Positions 14,761-26,733 of a stretch of 61,114 bases of DNA are shown here, piece after piece (position 1 is the first letter of the stretch; each line of letters begins with the position of its first letter). Both the position numbers and the translations under genes were made by a program. Source of the DNA: Octopus bimaculoides (taxonomy: Eukaryota); contig NC_068992.1 in the NCBI RefSeq assembly GCF_001194135.2, positions 27,077,981 to 27,139,094 of the forward strand, given 5' to 3'. Below the pieces are notes generated by a model. It was given only the letters and a program-made list of their open reading frames with translations. It did not search any database and was not told the DNA's origin.

Positions 14761-15422
14761 ACAAAACACAATGGCAGCGTTATCAATACCAAGTAGTCGA
14801 AGAATTTAACAACAGCATCAATTTAATGAAATGAATAATAACGTGATGATGATAACCAGCGCATGTATGTGTAAACTATTTAGCCTCATGAAGGATGAAA
14901 TCACAAATGTACTGGCCCTGAACATATTTGTATCTCGATAGACTCAATGCATAAAATAACTGCAGAGCCGAGTATTTATGCCTCAGTTCGAAGCTGCTAA
15001 TTGAAATAAAATCGTAAAAAGTACAAAATACAATATAGTGGATAAAAGATGGCAAAACGGAACTGGAATTCATGAAATCCATGCAGGAGTATTAAAAAAC
15101 ATTGTGCAACCACAATCTAGAATTAATAATAGAGTTATATAATGTAATAAATGAAAGTCGACGCTAACGTGAACTAGAATCAAGATTTCACCGAGTTTAG
15201 AACCATAAACGTCATGACGAAACTACTAACAAAGATCTCCTAACAAAGAGTAACATCAAATGTGAATGAGTAGGTCACATGCAAAGTGATATTAAGCCGG
15301 GATTGAAAATTGTGAATGAATATTTAGTGAAAGAAACCTGCGTATAAGAGTTCTAAACATAAATTAAGATGTTCATATACGCTTTATATATTATAGAGAC
15401 ATTTGAAGGAGTAGAAAGTATA

Positions 15423-15454
<32 letters not shown>

Positions 15455-15456
<2 letters not shown>

Positions 15457-16560
15457 GACAAGTTCCAGGGAGTAATGTTTGTGGACGCCACGCCACACGG
15501 AGAACTGGCCCGCAGATTTCGAAAAATCCTCAAAAGTACCAAGTTGAGGATAAATGTTATAGAAAAACCAGGGAGATCAATTAGATCAATAATATGTAAA
15601 ACATATCCCTTCAGAAGAACAAGGTGTGTTGAGGAGAGTTGCATTGTGTGCAAAAATAGTCCTGGTGCCAACTGCAAAGCCAGAAATGTAGTCTACAAAA
15701 TAAGCTGTATGGATGGTGAGTGTAAAAACAGAAACACGACATACATAGGTGAGACGGCAAGAAGTTTGGCTGAGCGTGTAAACGAACATTGGAGGGACTA
15801 TNNNNNNNNNNNNNNNNNNNNNNNNNNNNNNNNNNNNNNNNNNNNNNNNNNNNNNNNNNNNNNNNNNNNNNNNNNNNNNNNNNNNNNNNNNNNNNNNNNN
15901 NNNNNNNNNNNNNNNNNNNNNNNNNNNNNNNNNNNNNNNNNNNNNNNNNNNNNNNNNNNNNNNNNNNNNNNNNNNNNNNNNNNNNNNNNNNNNNNNNNNN
16001 NNNNNNNNNNNNNNNNNNNNNNNNNNNNNNNNNNNNNNNNNNNNNNNNNNNNNNNNNNNNNNNNNNNNNNNNNNNNNNNNNNNNNNNNNNNNNNNNNNNN
16101 NNNNNNNNNNNNNNNNNNNNNNNNNNNNNNNNNNNNNNNNNNNNNNNNNNNNNNNNNNNNNNNNNNNNNNNNNNNNNNNNNNNNNNNNNNNNNNNNNNNN
16201 NNNNNNNNNNNNNNNNNNNNNNNNNNNNNNNNNNNNNNNNNNNNNNNNNNNNNNNNNNNNNNNNNNNNNNNNNNNNNNNNNNNNNNNNNNNNNNNNNNNN
16301 NNNNNNNNNNNNNCGCCAAAACAACGCCAAAACAACGCCAGATCATATATTCAAAATAAATGGAAGTGGAGAGACAAGTTACTGAAGAGATTGCAAGAGT
16401 GCAATGAAATAATTTAACAAAAAACTATATAAATTAGTAAAGGACTGAACCAGTGCGTGTGTTAATTACCGGCATAATGCCTCTCCCAAGGTTTAATTGT
16501 ATTTCTTTCAACACACGTATCCACATCAAGAATCTTGCACACGAAATACACATACGAAAT
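15455..16560 (+). mobile_element. Penelope-like retroelement, 5'-truncated: Cys-rich linker + GIY-YIG endonuclease, assembly gap, 3' region with hammerhead motif
   Basis: ORF 15475-15800 ...RCVEESCIVC...CKARNVVYKISCMDGEC...TYIGETARSLAERVNEH is a PLE-type GIY-YIG (VY..YIGET..R..EH); hammerhead-like motif at 16378-16418; (TAT)n on both flanks. Confidence 0.85.
16378..16418 (+). ncRNA. Minimal type I hammerhead ribozyme-like motif in the PLE 3' region
   Basis: GUUA-CUGAAGA-g-AUUGCA/agag/UGCAAU-GAA-AUAAU-U-UAAC: stem I GUUA/UAAC, perfect 6-bp stem II, conserved core. The C11.1 of stem II appears lost. Confidence 0.6.
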
Positions 16561-16572
16561 ATTATTATTATA

Positions 16573-16627
<55 letters not shown>

Positions 16628-16628
<1 letters not shown>

Positions 16629-16835
16629 GGCAGAATCGTTAGCACACCGGGTCAAATGCTTAACTCCGATGTGTGTTCCGATCTGCGTTGCTCCGATCTG
16701 AGTTCAAATTCCGCCGAGGTCGACTTTGCCTTTCATCCTTTCGGGGTCGATTAAATAAGTACCAGTTACGTACTGTGGCCGATGCAATCGACTTAATCCC
16801 TACCCCCAACTCTTAGACCTTGTTCTTCCAGTAGA
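16628..16835 (+). mobile_element. SINE family A copy
   Basis: ggcagaatcgttagcac...ctgagttcaaattccgccgaggtcgactttgcctttcatcctttcggggtcgattaaataagtaccag. Confidence 0.85.
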
Positions 16836-18132
16836 ATGGGTTATTACATACATACATACATAACCGAACTTCAGTTTTGTTAAAACATATTTGTGACATT
16901 TCAAATTCCAAAAAGCAAATCCACTTCAGTTACCGTAAACAAAAATTCTCTCTTATGGTAAAATTTGTAAAAATACCATATCTGCCCAGTGCTGCTGTCT
17001 GTCGGATTCTCAGACGCAGCGTTTCTGGCTCAATGGGAAATACTGAAGCGAGGTAACTCTGGATAGGTTTAAAACCGTAAATTTAAGTAAAAAACAATCG
17101 GCAATATTGACTGCGTTGCGTTATTGGAGTGTCCGGTCTGGGTAAATTCAACAGTATCAGAGCTAAGCAGTGATTAGGCTTAAGCAAACTTTATGTTATT
17201 TAGAATTATGGGGTGAGAGCGCTAAGCAGTGATGTGTATAAATATAGTGTTATTACCAGTTCAAACGTGCTTGTAACACGTTTGAACTCGTAAACAAGCC
17301 ATTCACTGTGATTTGGCTTCTTTACGAGTTTGAACGTGCCACAAGCACATTTGAACATTGCAGTGAAAATGTGTTTTTGACAGGAAATTGTAATTTTTCG
17401 TTAATAAAGTAATGCTTGAGAGCTGAAATTCTTTTCTTGGCCAGGTTAGTTGTCGATCCAGTGTAAAAATGAGAATTATTATTAGTATTTAATACACAAT
17501 TATACATTATATTCTCGTTGATAGAGTTACTATCCAAAGGAAAATTCCTACTAGATCTACATTTACACTCCAAAGGAAAATACTACATTTACAGGTGCAG
17601 TTATTTTCGATATCTCGAGGAATATTTAAATTTTTCGAAGCACTATCACCTATACCGTGCAATTCAGGTTTTAGCAGACTATATATTTAGGTTTTATCAA
17701 ACTATATTACCAACACGGTCACTACTACTACTACAACCAACAAAAAATGCTCCCACGTGGACTATGTTGACACCAGTAAGGAACAATTATGAACTTTTCA
17801 TTTAATTACATTCTTTTTATATATGTATTTTTGATAAGGTTCGTTTTCTCAAGAACCGAAACATGTTAAAAATATCTCTGACAAAATTATAAATTAAAAT
17901 TCATTTTTTATATATTGGCGTTTTCAAACTTCNNNNNNNNNNNNNNNNNNNNNNNNNNNNNNNNNNNNNNNNNNNNNNNNNNNNNNNNNNNNNNNNNNNN
18001 NNNNNNNNNNNNNNNNNNNNNNNNNNNNNNNNNNNNNNNNNNNNNNNNNNNNNNNNNNNNNNNNNNNNNNNNNNNNNNNNNNNNNNNNNNNNNNNNNNNN
18101 NNNNNNNNNNNNNNNNNNNNNNNNNNNNNNNN

Positions 18133-18165
<33 letters not shown>

Positions 18166-18982
18166 ATGTATGTATGTGTATGTATGTTGACCATTTTCAA
18201 AATGAGTTCCAGATTCGCAAGTGAAGGGACCTTATTACATCCGAAACGTTAAAACATGTCTGTTACTATTTGGGTGAGCGTTAAATAGCATTTTATCTTT
18301 TCTCTTGCGTTGTTTTCCTAGTTGTATATATCTACCTATCTATTTTAAAATACTTTTGAGTAACTGAGGAATTGAATGATTTAGACAATTATCTATCATT
18401 TAATTCAACTTCAGCTTCTGGGTATCTGCATGTGCTTGTGCGTATTTTAGGCAAGGAAATGCTTAGAACATGGTAGATACAATGCATATCCAATTTATAA
18501 ATTTCTGTGATGTTTACCTCTTAATATTTTACGAAGCAACCGCAAACACTCCTTAGCTTCTCTTTGTGCTTTCGTCCTGCAACAAATAGGAGCAAAGCAC
18601 TCTTCCAAATATAACCTATAATTTTAGATAAAGGAAATACACTTTAGATGTTCTAATCCCACTGAGAGGTATTTGATCACAGGTCTGCTTGATTAAGGAT
18701 GACCTGGGGCTAAAGAAAATTATATCTTTTGGCTAACTTAGTAATATGAACCATTGATTTCTATAGTTCAGCTGCACATATTATGAATGCTTTATGAAGT
18801 AGTATCATTGAAAATTGTATTATTTATATTTGATGCTAAATTAATTCTTGACCGATGACAGACCCAAGTGCTCGTAAAATAATCTATATTTATCGATTAC
18901 GAGAAAGGAAAAATATTTCTTATTGTTTAGTATGTTAGAGGGAGAAAATAGAGATAAGTATATATGTATATATATATATTTA

Positions 18983-19013
<31 letters not shown>

Positions 19014-19384
19014 ATGTATATACATTTTTATATATGTATATATATTTATATATGTATATATATTTATATATGTATATATATATATATCTATATATGTATA
19101 TATATATANNNNNNNNNNNNNNNNNNNNNNNNNNNNNNNNNNNNNNNNNNNNNNNNNNNNNNNNNNNNNNNNNNNNNNNNNNNNNNNNNNNNNNNNNNNN
19201 NNNNNNNNNNNNNNNNNNNNNNNNNNNNNNNNNNNNNNNNNNNNNNNNNNNNNNNNNNNNNNNNNNNNNNNNNNNNNNNNNNNNNNNNNNNNNNNNNNNN
19301 NNNNNNNNNNNNNNTGTGTATATATATATGTATATGTATATATGTATGCATATCTATACATATATATGTGTGTGTGTATGTATA

Positions 19385-19427
<43 letters not shown>

Positions 19428-20259
19428 CAGGAGAAGAAGAATGAGAGCAAGTGGGTGTTTCAAAACTTTACCATTTACTGATCAAGCGTTTCAAAAGGCC
19501 AAAACCTCCTGGAATACTGAGATTCATTTAAGCATTGCTGTGCTACCAGTGAATCTTGAATTTGCATGGATTAGTATTTAAGTAAGCGTGTCACTTGCTT
19601 CATTCGGCTGATAATCAATAAGTACCTGATATGAATTCGATGCATTGATTAAATCGATTGCTTTTTGCGTGCATATCAAAGTAATTTATCATATGAACCA
19701 ATGAAGTCATTCAAGTGTTATGTATCACGCAGCGACGGCCGACATTAATTTTTATCATTGAATATAGTAAAAACGGACTGTAGATAAATTGGTTTTTCAT
19801 GAACCAAAAAAAAGAGGGGGGAATAATACAATTCTATTGTTGTTCAGCTTTATATTTTCCCTAGGATTATTTCATACGATTCTTTCATCACAATTCAGTC
19901 ACCGTTTGTTTAGAAATTCACAAAAAGATTCTGATTATAATGCCCTATCATAGTATTTCTGTTATTATGAATTTTAAATCTACGTAATTTACAGACGATC
20001 GAAATCTTGAGTAATTTACTTTTCCCACTTTATGTGAGAGCGTGTGTCTGTGTCTGCGTCTGCGTCTGTATCTGTGTGCAAAACGTGCATGTAACTTCCT
20101 TTGGGATATATGGGGTGGTGTTATTCTCTTGCAACTTCTGATAGTTTAGAATTGTAAAACGTTGATATGGCACGCTGCTATTATCATGTGCATTATATTT
20201 ATAGCTACAATGTATACTTTACATAAATACTATATGTGACACACATACACAGATACATA

Positions 20260-20314
<55 letters not shown>

Positions 20315-20696
20315 GCGTTTGTATGTTATACTTTATACGAATGTTTTATCACTTTTACATTCTACATAAGGATAAAACTATATTTATTCATATATTTATT
20401 TATTTATGTAATAAATATTGAATGTTTGCCTTTGCCAGCTATCTTTCACTGTTTGCAAGGATCTCTTCACTTTTAGAGATTGATGATTGCATCAATGGAA
20501 TGGACATTAACCACATAAGAAACGGGAAATAGCAACAGCCAGGAATGTTAATCAGCATCTTGACTTAGATACCACCAATTATCTCTCGAGTTGCTTCCTT
20601 TTTATATTCACAAGGTGCACTATATGACTTTTATTTTTTCATATCGAACAGCCTCATCTCTTTTTCCTATCACCCTTCTTTTTGTATATTATATAA

Positions 20697-20768
20697 GTGT
20701 CGGTAATGTAACGGTTAGCATGGTTGCCTTCTAAGCAGTAGATCCAGATTCGACTCCTGACGGAGGCG
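20697..20768 (+). pseudogene. tRNA-Gly(TCC)-derived pseudogene (anticodon now reads TCT)
   Basis: GTGTCGGTAATGTAACGGTTAGCATGGTTGCCTTCTAAGCAGTAGATCCAGATTCGACTCCTGACGGAGGCG aligns ungapped to the recalled metazoan tRNA-Gly-TCC (GCGTCGGTGGTGTAATGGTTAGCATAGTTGCCTTCCAAGCAGTTGACCCGGGTTCGATTCCCGGCCGACGCA). T-stem and acceptor stem carry disrupting substitutions. Confidence 0.75.
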
Positions 20769-20781
20769 ATCGATAGCTTTT

Positions 20782-20947
20782 TAGGCGCAAGCGTGACTAT
20801 GTGTTAAGAGAAGCTTGCTTCCTAACCATATGGTTCCAGGTTCAGTCCCACTGCGTACCACCTCCGGCAAGTGTCTTCTACTATAGCTTCGGGCCGACCA
20901 AAGCCTTGTGAGTGGATTTGGTAGACGGAAAGTGAAAGAAGCCCGTC

Positions 20948-20994
<47 letters not shown>

Positions 20995-21320
20995 TGTGTG
21001 TGTGTACGTCGAGTGTGTATGTGCGTGTGTGTACGTGCGTGTGTGTACGTACGTGTGTGTACGTGCGTGTGTGTACGTGCGTGTGTGTGTGTGTATTTAT
21101 GCGTTTGTGTGTGTCTGTGTTTGTCCCTCCAGCATCGCTTCACAACCGATGCTGGTGTATTTATGTCCCCGTAATTTAACGGTTCACCAAAAGAGATCGA
21201 TAGAATAAGTACCAGGCTTACAAAGAATAAGTCCTGGGGACGATTTCTTCCACGAAAACGCTTTAAGGCGGTGTTCCAGCATGGCAGTAATCAAATGACT
21301 GAAACATGTAAAAGAATTTT
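20782..21320 (+). mobile_element. SINE family C, full copy: tRNA-like head, CORE-like segment, internal (TG)n, 3' tail
   Basis: Head taggcgcaagcgtgactatgtgttaag...ggttcagtccc; CORE-like ggcaagtgtcttc; tail ...gtccccgtaa...gatagaataagtac...ccagcatggc...tgactgaaac. Pieces recur at 26.5, 44.2, 47.3, 49.4, 52.7 and 60.9 kb. Confidence 0.85.
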
Positions 21321-22499
21321 TAAAATCTGTTGTTTATTCGTTCCTTATTTATGGAACATATGTGTATGTATATATATTATTCATTTATATACGTATGTAT
21401 GTTTGTGTGTGTATCCGTGTCCATATACGGTTGGTCATTGTTCTGTATCATAAACAGTCGGAATACTTAATACTCTCAAATATGTTAAAGTCTTCTCTTA
21501 TTGGTTTCTTCTGAATGTGTTCGCTCTGTTGCTGTCTTCCAACCAGATTCCTGGTTTGAGAATCCGGAACAGTTTCTGGACAGACAGGCTGCTTCTGAAT
21601 TAAATTTATTTCGTTTGGTTACGACTTATCTCCCATCCTTTTCTCTGACCACTGTTGCTTCAAAGTAATTCGATTTCATATCATTCAACTGCACCACAAA
21701 CTCTTCCTTCCTTCAACTCTCAAGCATCTAGATTTAACCATGTTCAGTACAGGTTAGCCTTTGTGGTGAAAATGTGTTCAAATGCATTGTTTATTCAGAG
21801 AATTAACATCGTAAATACGATAGCTTTATATAAAATCTACAACGATAGAATACTCCATATACGTAATTGCGTAACTTTTTAACATATTTATAAGGTTGTA
21901 TATCAAAATATGCGCACGTATAACAGTGTTCTTCCATAAATTTTGACTTAGACTTTCATGTCTTTTGTAGTTAAAAAGAACGAAGCATTAAAATCTCAAA
22001 TGTCAAAATAAAACATTCGAATGTTATTTAAATACAATCGAAATATCTCGAAGCATTTTTAAATAACTTTTAAACAGCAAAATTCTCCAGACTGAATCAA
22101 TTTCTGGATTCTCTATCAATAGTTTTACTGTTCTGACATATTTATCTGAAACTTTTATGGGCTTGTTAATCTACAATTTACCAAAATTCAGCCAACATTG
22201 CATATTCTCATGATGCAAATGCTTACAGTATGAGCATTTAGCATTTTCTACATATAAAATCGTTTTCTCAATAATAATGATTTCGACACAAGTAAAAAGA
22301 TCGGATTTTAATATATGGGAAGGACTACAGTCTAAATGATCGACTCCAACGTTTAACAGATATTTATATCATCGACTGCAGAATTTAAAAAATAAAAGTC
22401 GATCACCAGAGAGATTTTATTTCAGAGCATAAAATAACATAGAGAAATACAAAATAAACCGTCATTCCATTTATACTATCATATTTAACTAAGGTCTGT

Positions 22500-22740
22500 C
22501 TTGATTTATAGGACTCATATGGCCGATATGAACCCGGTTTCCATGACGTATAAGTGTATACAGTAGTCCTTCTTGGAGAGGAAATCAGACCGTCTCAAGG
22601 ATTACTTCCCATCTATTGCTGAAACTCCTTTACAGTTGACTGGACTGCAGCAACGTGAAAACAAGTGGTTTTCATATCCGGGAATCAAAACCACTATTTT
22701 ATGATCGTAAGCGCAACACCCGAACCATTAGGTCACCTAT
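22500..22740 (-). mobile_element. CORE-like SINE family B copy (diverged)
   Basis: Reverse complement of the family seen at 29621-29880 (cagttgactggactgcagcaacgtgaaa...ggaatcaaaaccact...atgatcgtaag). Confidence 0.6.
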
Positions 22741-23111
22741 CTTTGCTTTCTGCGCGACAATATCTAATTATGAGTTCAAGTTTTGGTAAAAGGCCGAAAT
22801 ACAACATCCAATAATGATAATTTTTAACAGATACCAAACCGTAGATTTGGGAGGGAATCATATCGACTCTAGAATTTTATTGGTACCTTATTTTGGCTTC
22901 TGGTTGTCGGAAGAATGAAAAGTAATTGTTGGTTTCGCAGGATTTGAACAGACCGCGAAAACAAAATTTGAAAAAATACTGCAAAGCATTTTGTCCGAGC
23001 TCTAGCGATTCTGACACATCCATCATCCTCACACTACCAGATAATAATAATAATTATTATTATCAATATTATTGTTGCTGTTGTTTTTAATAATACTAAT
23101 AATAATAATAA

Positions 23112-23270
23112 CTGGAAATCCCTTGCAAGATTGATGTCTTGCAAAAAGCAGCTTTATTGGGCACAGCGCACATCCTAAGGGAAGTATTATCTGTCTGAGG
23201 TCTTTGTTGTGATTTGACAGATGACGAAAGGCTCCTGTACATTTTTACTTACACTGTGTTACGAAGGAAT
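23112..23270 (+). mobile_element. 3'-terminal fragment of an R4/Dong-like (RLE-encoding) non-LTR retrotransposon
   Basis: LEIPCKIDVLQKAALLGTAHILREVLSV* (23112-23198) matches the conserved C-terminal motif LQK..LLGTA.ILR.VL of R4/Dong-type elements; (AAT)n on both sides. Confidence 0.7.
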
Positions 23271-23376
23271 AATAATAATAAAATTAATAATTATATAATA
23301 ATTAAGCACCACATATTCTATATAGTTGATGTTACATGCCCCGTTAACCCACGAATAGTCAAGAAGGAAGGCGAAA

Positions 23377-23497
<121 letters not shown>

Positions 23498-24875
23498 GGG
23501 GCTAAAACGAAGGAGTATGTGGTACATAAAGAATAACATTAAAAAGACATTCTGAGATAAGATTATAAAACAAAACAAATATTACACTAATGAAAATAAA
23601 CATAAATTAAGCAGACGATATGACGTGATGAGAGGTAAACAGGAAAAGTGAAAGGAAAAGGTTTAATAAAGCTGTAAAGTAAACTCGTGTTTTAAAGAAC
23701 AAGGGTGTGTAATGTGCATTTACATCAGAAGGTAACATAAAAATGGGAATATGCGAAAAGCTGGTTAAGACAATTAAGGTGTAGTGAAAGAACACACGTA
23801 AAGAATTGAAAGCTGAAATGCTTTTGGCCCATAAAAAAATAAAGAAAGGAGACAGTGAAGAAAGGAGGGAGACTAAAGAAAGATCCTTTGTAGTGTGAAG
23901 TAGCTAATTTAATGTTTCTGCTGATGTCTGTGCCACACAAATACAAATTAGTGGGTAAAACTTGTTATCATCGGGATACATTTCTCAGCTTGTAATTCAG
24001 AAAGGTTTTTATAGCTCTGCGTTTACAATGGAAAATGATTTTTGTAATGGTTATTTACTGGATTATTCTCAGCCCATTGAAGTACTAAGTGTTTTCTCGA
24101 ATGCAAATTACAAGGTTGTATATTACACGTATTGGACTTAGCGCTAGATTCCACTCAACATTAAATTGTGTGGTTACTATTCTTCTTAACTCAAACTAAA
24201 CTTTAGGAGAGGTGTTACAACTCTTCTATTTGAGTTTCTGAAAGTCTGAGGCGGTTGCTGTAGCGTAGATTAAAGGACATTCATTAAAACGTATACATAT
24301 GTGTGTATAAGGATATACATATAATTATCGTTCTTGCCTATTTTAGTGTAATTGATAGAGATGTATGTTGGAGGAACCTAAGGATTTGGTTGATGATAGA
24401 TAAGATGTAATGAGATAATTTTGTGGCGATTTTGTCGAAACTTCTGTATCTTTATAAAATATGCCAGAAGTGTTACAAAGATAGTTAGAGAGATAGATAG
24501 CTGATAGACAGGTAAGTAGATAAAGAGATAGGCAGACAGTTGGATAGACAGGTACATATATACAGAGGCAGATAGTTGGATAGACAGATAGAGACAGATA
24601 ATAGACAGGCGTTCACCTATACATCTATCACTTCCTGTATTTATCTACAATAAATCTCATTTTCCTATTAATCTCCATCTCTATCTCTCTCTCTCTTTCT
24701 CTCTCTCTCTCACTCGCTCTTTCACACTCTTTCTTACTCACTCACTTTATCTATCTCAGTCTTTCTCACTCAGTCACTTTATCTATCAATCCATCTACGT
24801 ATCTGTCAATCAATCTCACTTCTCTGTCAATCTTGTCACTCGGTATCCACCTATTCAACAATCTATATGTTTATA

Positions 24876-24932
<57 letters not shown>

Positions 24933-26188
24933 NNNNNNNNNNNNNNNNNNNNNNNNNNNNNNNNNNNNNNNNNNNNNNNNNNNNNNNNNNNNNNNNNNNN
25001 NNNNNNNNNNNNNNNNNNNNNNNNNNNNNNNNNNNNNNNNNNNNNNNNNNNNNNNNNNNNNNNNNNNNNNNNNNNNNNNNNNNNNNNNNNNNNNNNNNNN
25101 NNNNNNNNNNNNNNNNNNNNNNNNNNNNNNNNNNNNNNNNNNNNNNNNNNNNNNNNNNNNNNNNNNNNNNNNNNNNNNNNNNNNNNNNNNNNNNNNNNNN
25201 NNNNNNNNNNNNNNNNNNNNNNNNNNNNNNNNNNNNNNNNNNNNNNNNNNNNNNNNNNNNNNNNNNNNNNNNNNNNNNNNNNNNNNNNNNNNNNNNNNNN
25301 NNNNNNNNNNNNNNNNNNNNNNNNNNNNNNNNNNNNNNNNNNNNNNNNNNNNNNNNNNNNNNNNNNNNNNNNNNNNNNNNNNNNNNNNNNNNNNNNNNNN
25401 NNNNNNNNNNNNNNNNNNNNNNNNNNNNNNNNNNNNNNNNNNNNNNNNNNNNNNNNNNNNNNNNNNNNNNNNNNNNNNNNNNNNNNNNNNNNNNNNNNNN
25501 NNNNNNNNNNNNNNNNNNNNNNNNNNNNNNNNNNNNNNNNNNNNNNNNNNNNNNNNNNNNNNNNNNNNNNNNNNNNNNNNNNNNNNNNNNNNNNNNNNNN
25601 NNNNNNNNNNNNNNNNNNNNNNNNNNNNNNNNNNNNNNNNNNNNNNNNNNNNNNNNNNNNNNNNNNNNNNNNNNNNNNNNNNNNNNNNNNNNNNNNNNNN
25701 NNNNNNNNNNNNNNNNNNNNNNNNNNNNNNNNNNNNNNNNNNNNNNNATATATATATATATATATATATATATACACCATACATAAATATTAACTACGTA
25801 TACATGTATGTGTATGATCGTGTGGGGCTGCATGTGTATGTGTGTATGTGTGTATATAACTAACATATTTTGATAATGGAGAAACTCGAAACTGAAGAAA
25901 TTACTCGATGAATAATAGATGCTAAGTCGATATTTTTTCATCAACAAAGTACGACTATACAAATATTTGAAGAAATACATGAATATATATTCAAGCAGTT
26001 TTACTAGCTATGTGTGTTTGTGTGTGTGTGCTTGTGAGTACGTATAGGGAAAATACACATATGTATAAATATATGTGCATGTATGTAGACGTACATATCC
26101 ATTATTTATAAATATATATGTATATATACATGTCGAGAAAAGAAGTATAAGTTCAAAATAGCATTCTGTATATCTTACTTTACTACAG

Positions 26189-26268
26189 GATATACAGTAG
26201 AAAGTCTCAAAACTGCAGTATTTCGTAAAGAGCAACAAAACACAGAAGCAGACGAAAGTGTCCAATAG
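26189..26268 (+). CDS. Possible terminal coding exon (GYTVESLKTAVFRKEQQNTEADESVQ*) of an unidentified host gene
   Basis: Strong acceptor tatcttactttactacAG (26187-26188); phase-1 frame open for 25 codons to TAG while the other frames close early; no good donor nearby. Confidence 0.4.
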
Positions 26269-26504
26269 CATTGGTGGAATTGCTAAATTTAGATTTCTTC
26301 TTCCTTAAGCATCATCAGTAGTAAAGATCCACTAGCAACTTCATACATAGACAAATTTAGCCTCTACTGATATAGAACAACAGTGATTAACACATCACTG
26401 GTGTCTCATATAAGCCACAGGCTGGGTAAAAATTCATTAATCATTGACTGATATTTCCTACCAATGATGCGAAGACACGTGCGCGCACCACACACACACA
26501 TATA

Positions 26505-26650
26505 TGTATATGTATATCCGATGGGCTTCTTTCAGTTTCCGTCTACCAAATCCACTCACAAGGCTTTTGTTGGCCCGAGGCTATAGTAGCAGACAGTTGC
26601 CTAAGGTGCCACGTAATGGGACTGTATCCGGAACCATGTGGTTGGTAACA
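26505..26650 (-). mobile_element. SINE family C head (truncated)
   Basis: gggcttctttcagtttccgtctaccaaatccactcacaaggctttt...ggaaccatgtggttggtaa is the reverse complement of the 20.8-kb head. Confidence 0.85.
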
Positions 26651-26705
26651 CACTGTCTCCCACAGTTTCCGTTACCAGTTTCACTTACTCTGCATTGGTC
26701 CTCCA

Positions 26706-26733
26706 GGGTTTAGGGTTAGGGTTAGGTTTAGGG
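26706..26733 (+). repeat. Short interstitial TTAGGG-type repeat
   Basis: gggtttagggttagggttaggtttaggg, bracketed by a 12-bp inverted repeat (26677-26688 and 26749-26760). Confidence 0.8.

Noticed and set aside
18215-18255. Hammerhead-like ..ggac..tccGAAACGTT
   Set aside because: The CUGANGA core and stem I cannot be identified.
21546-21663. Potential exon DSWFENPEQFLDRQAASELNLFRLVTTYLP..
   Set aside because: Acceptor is plausible but the donor is ambiguous and no homology is recognised; left uncalled.
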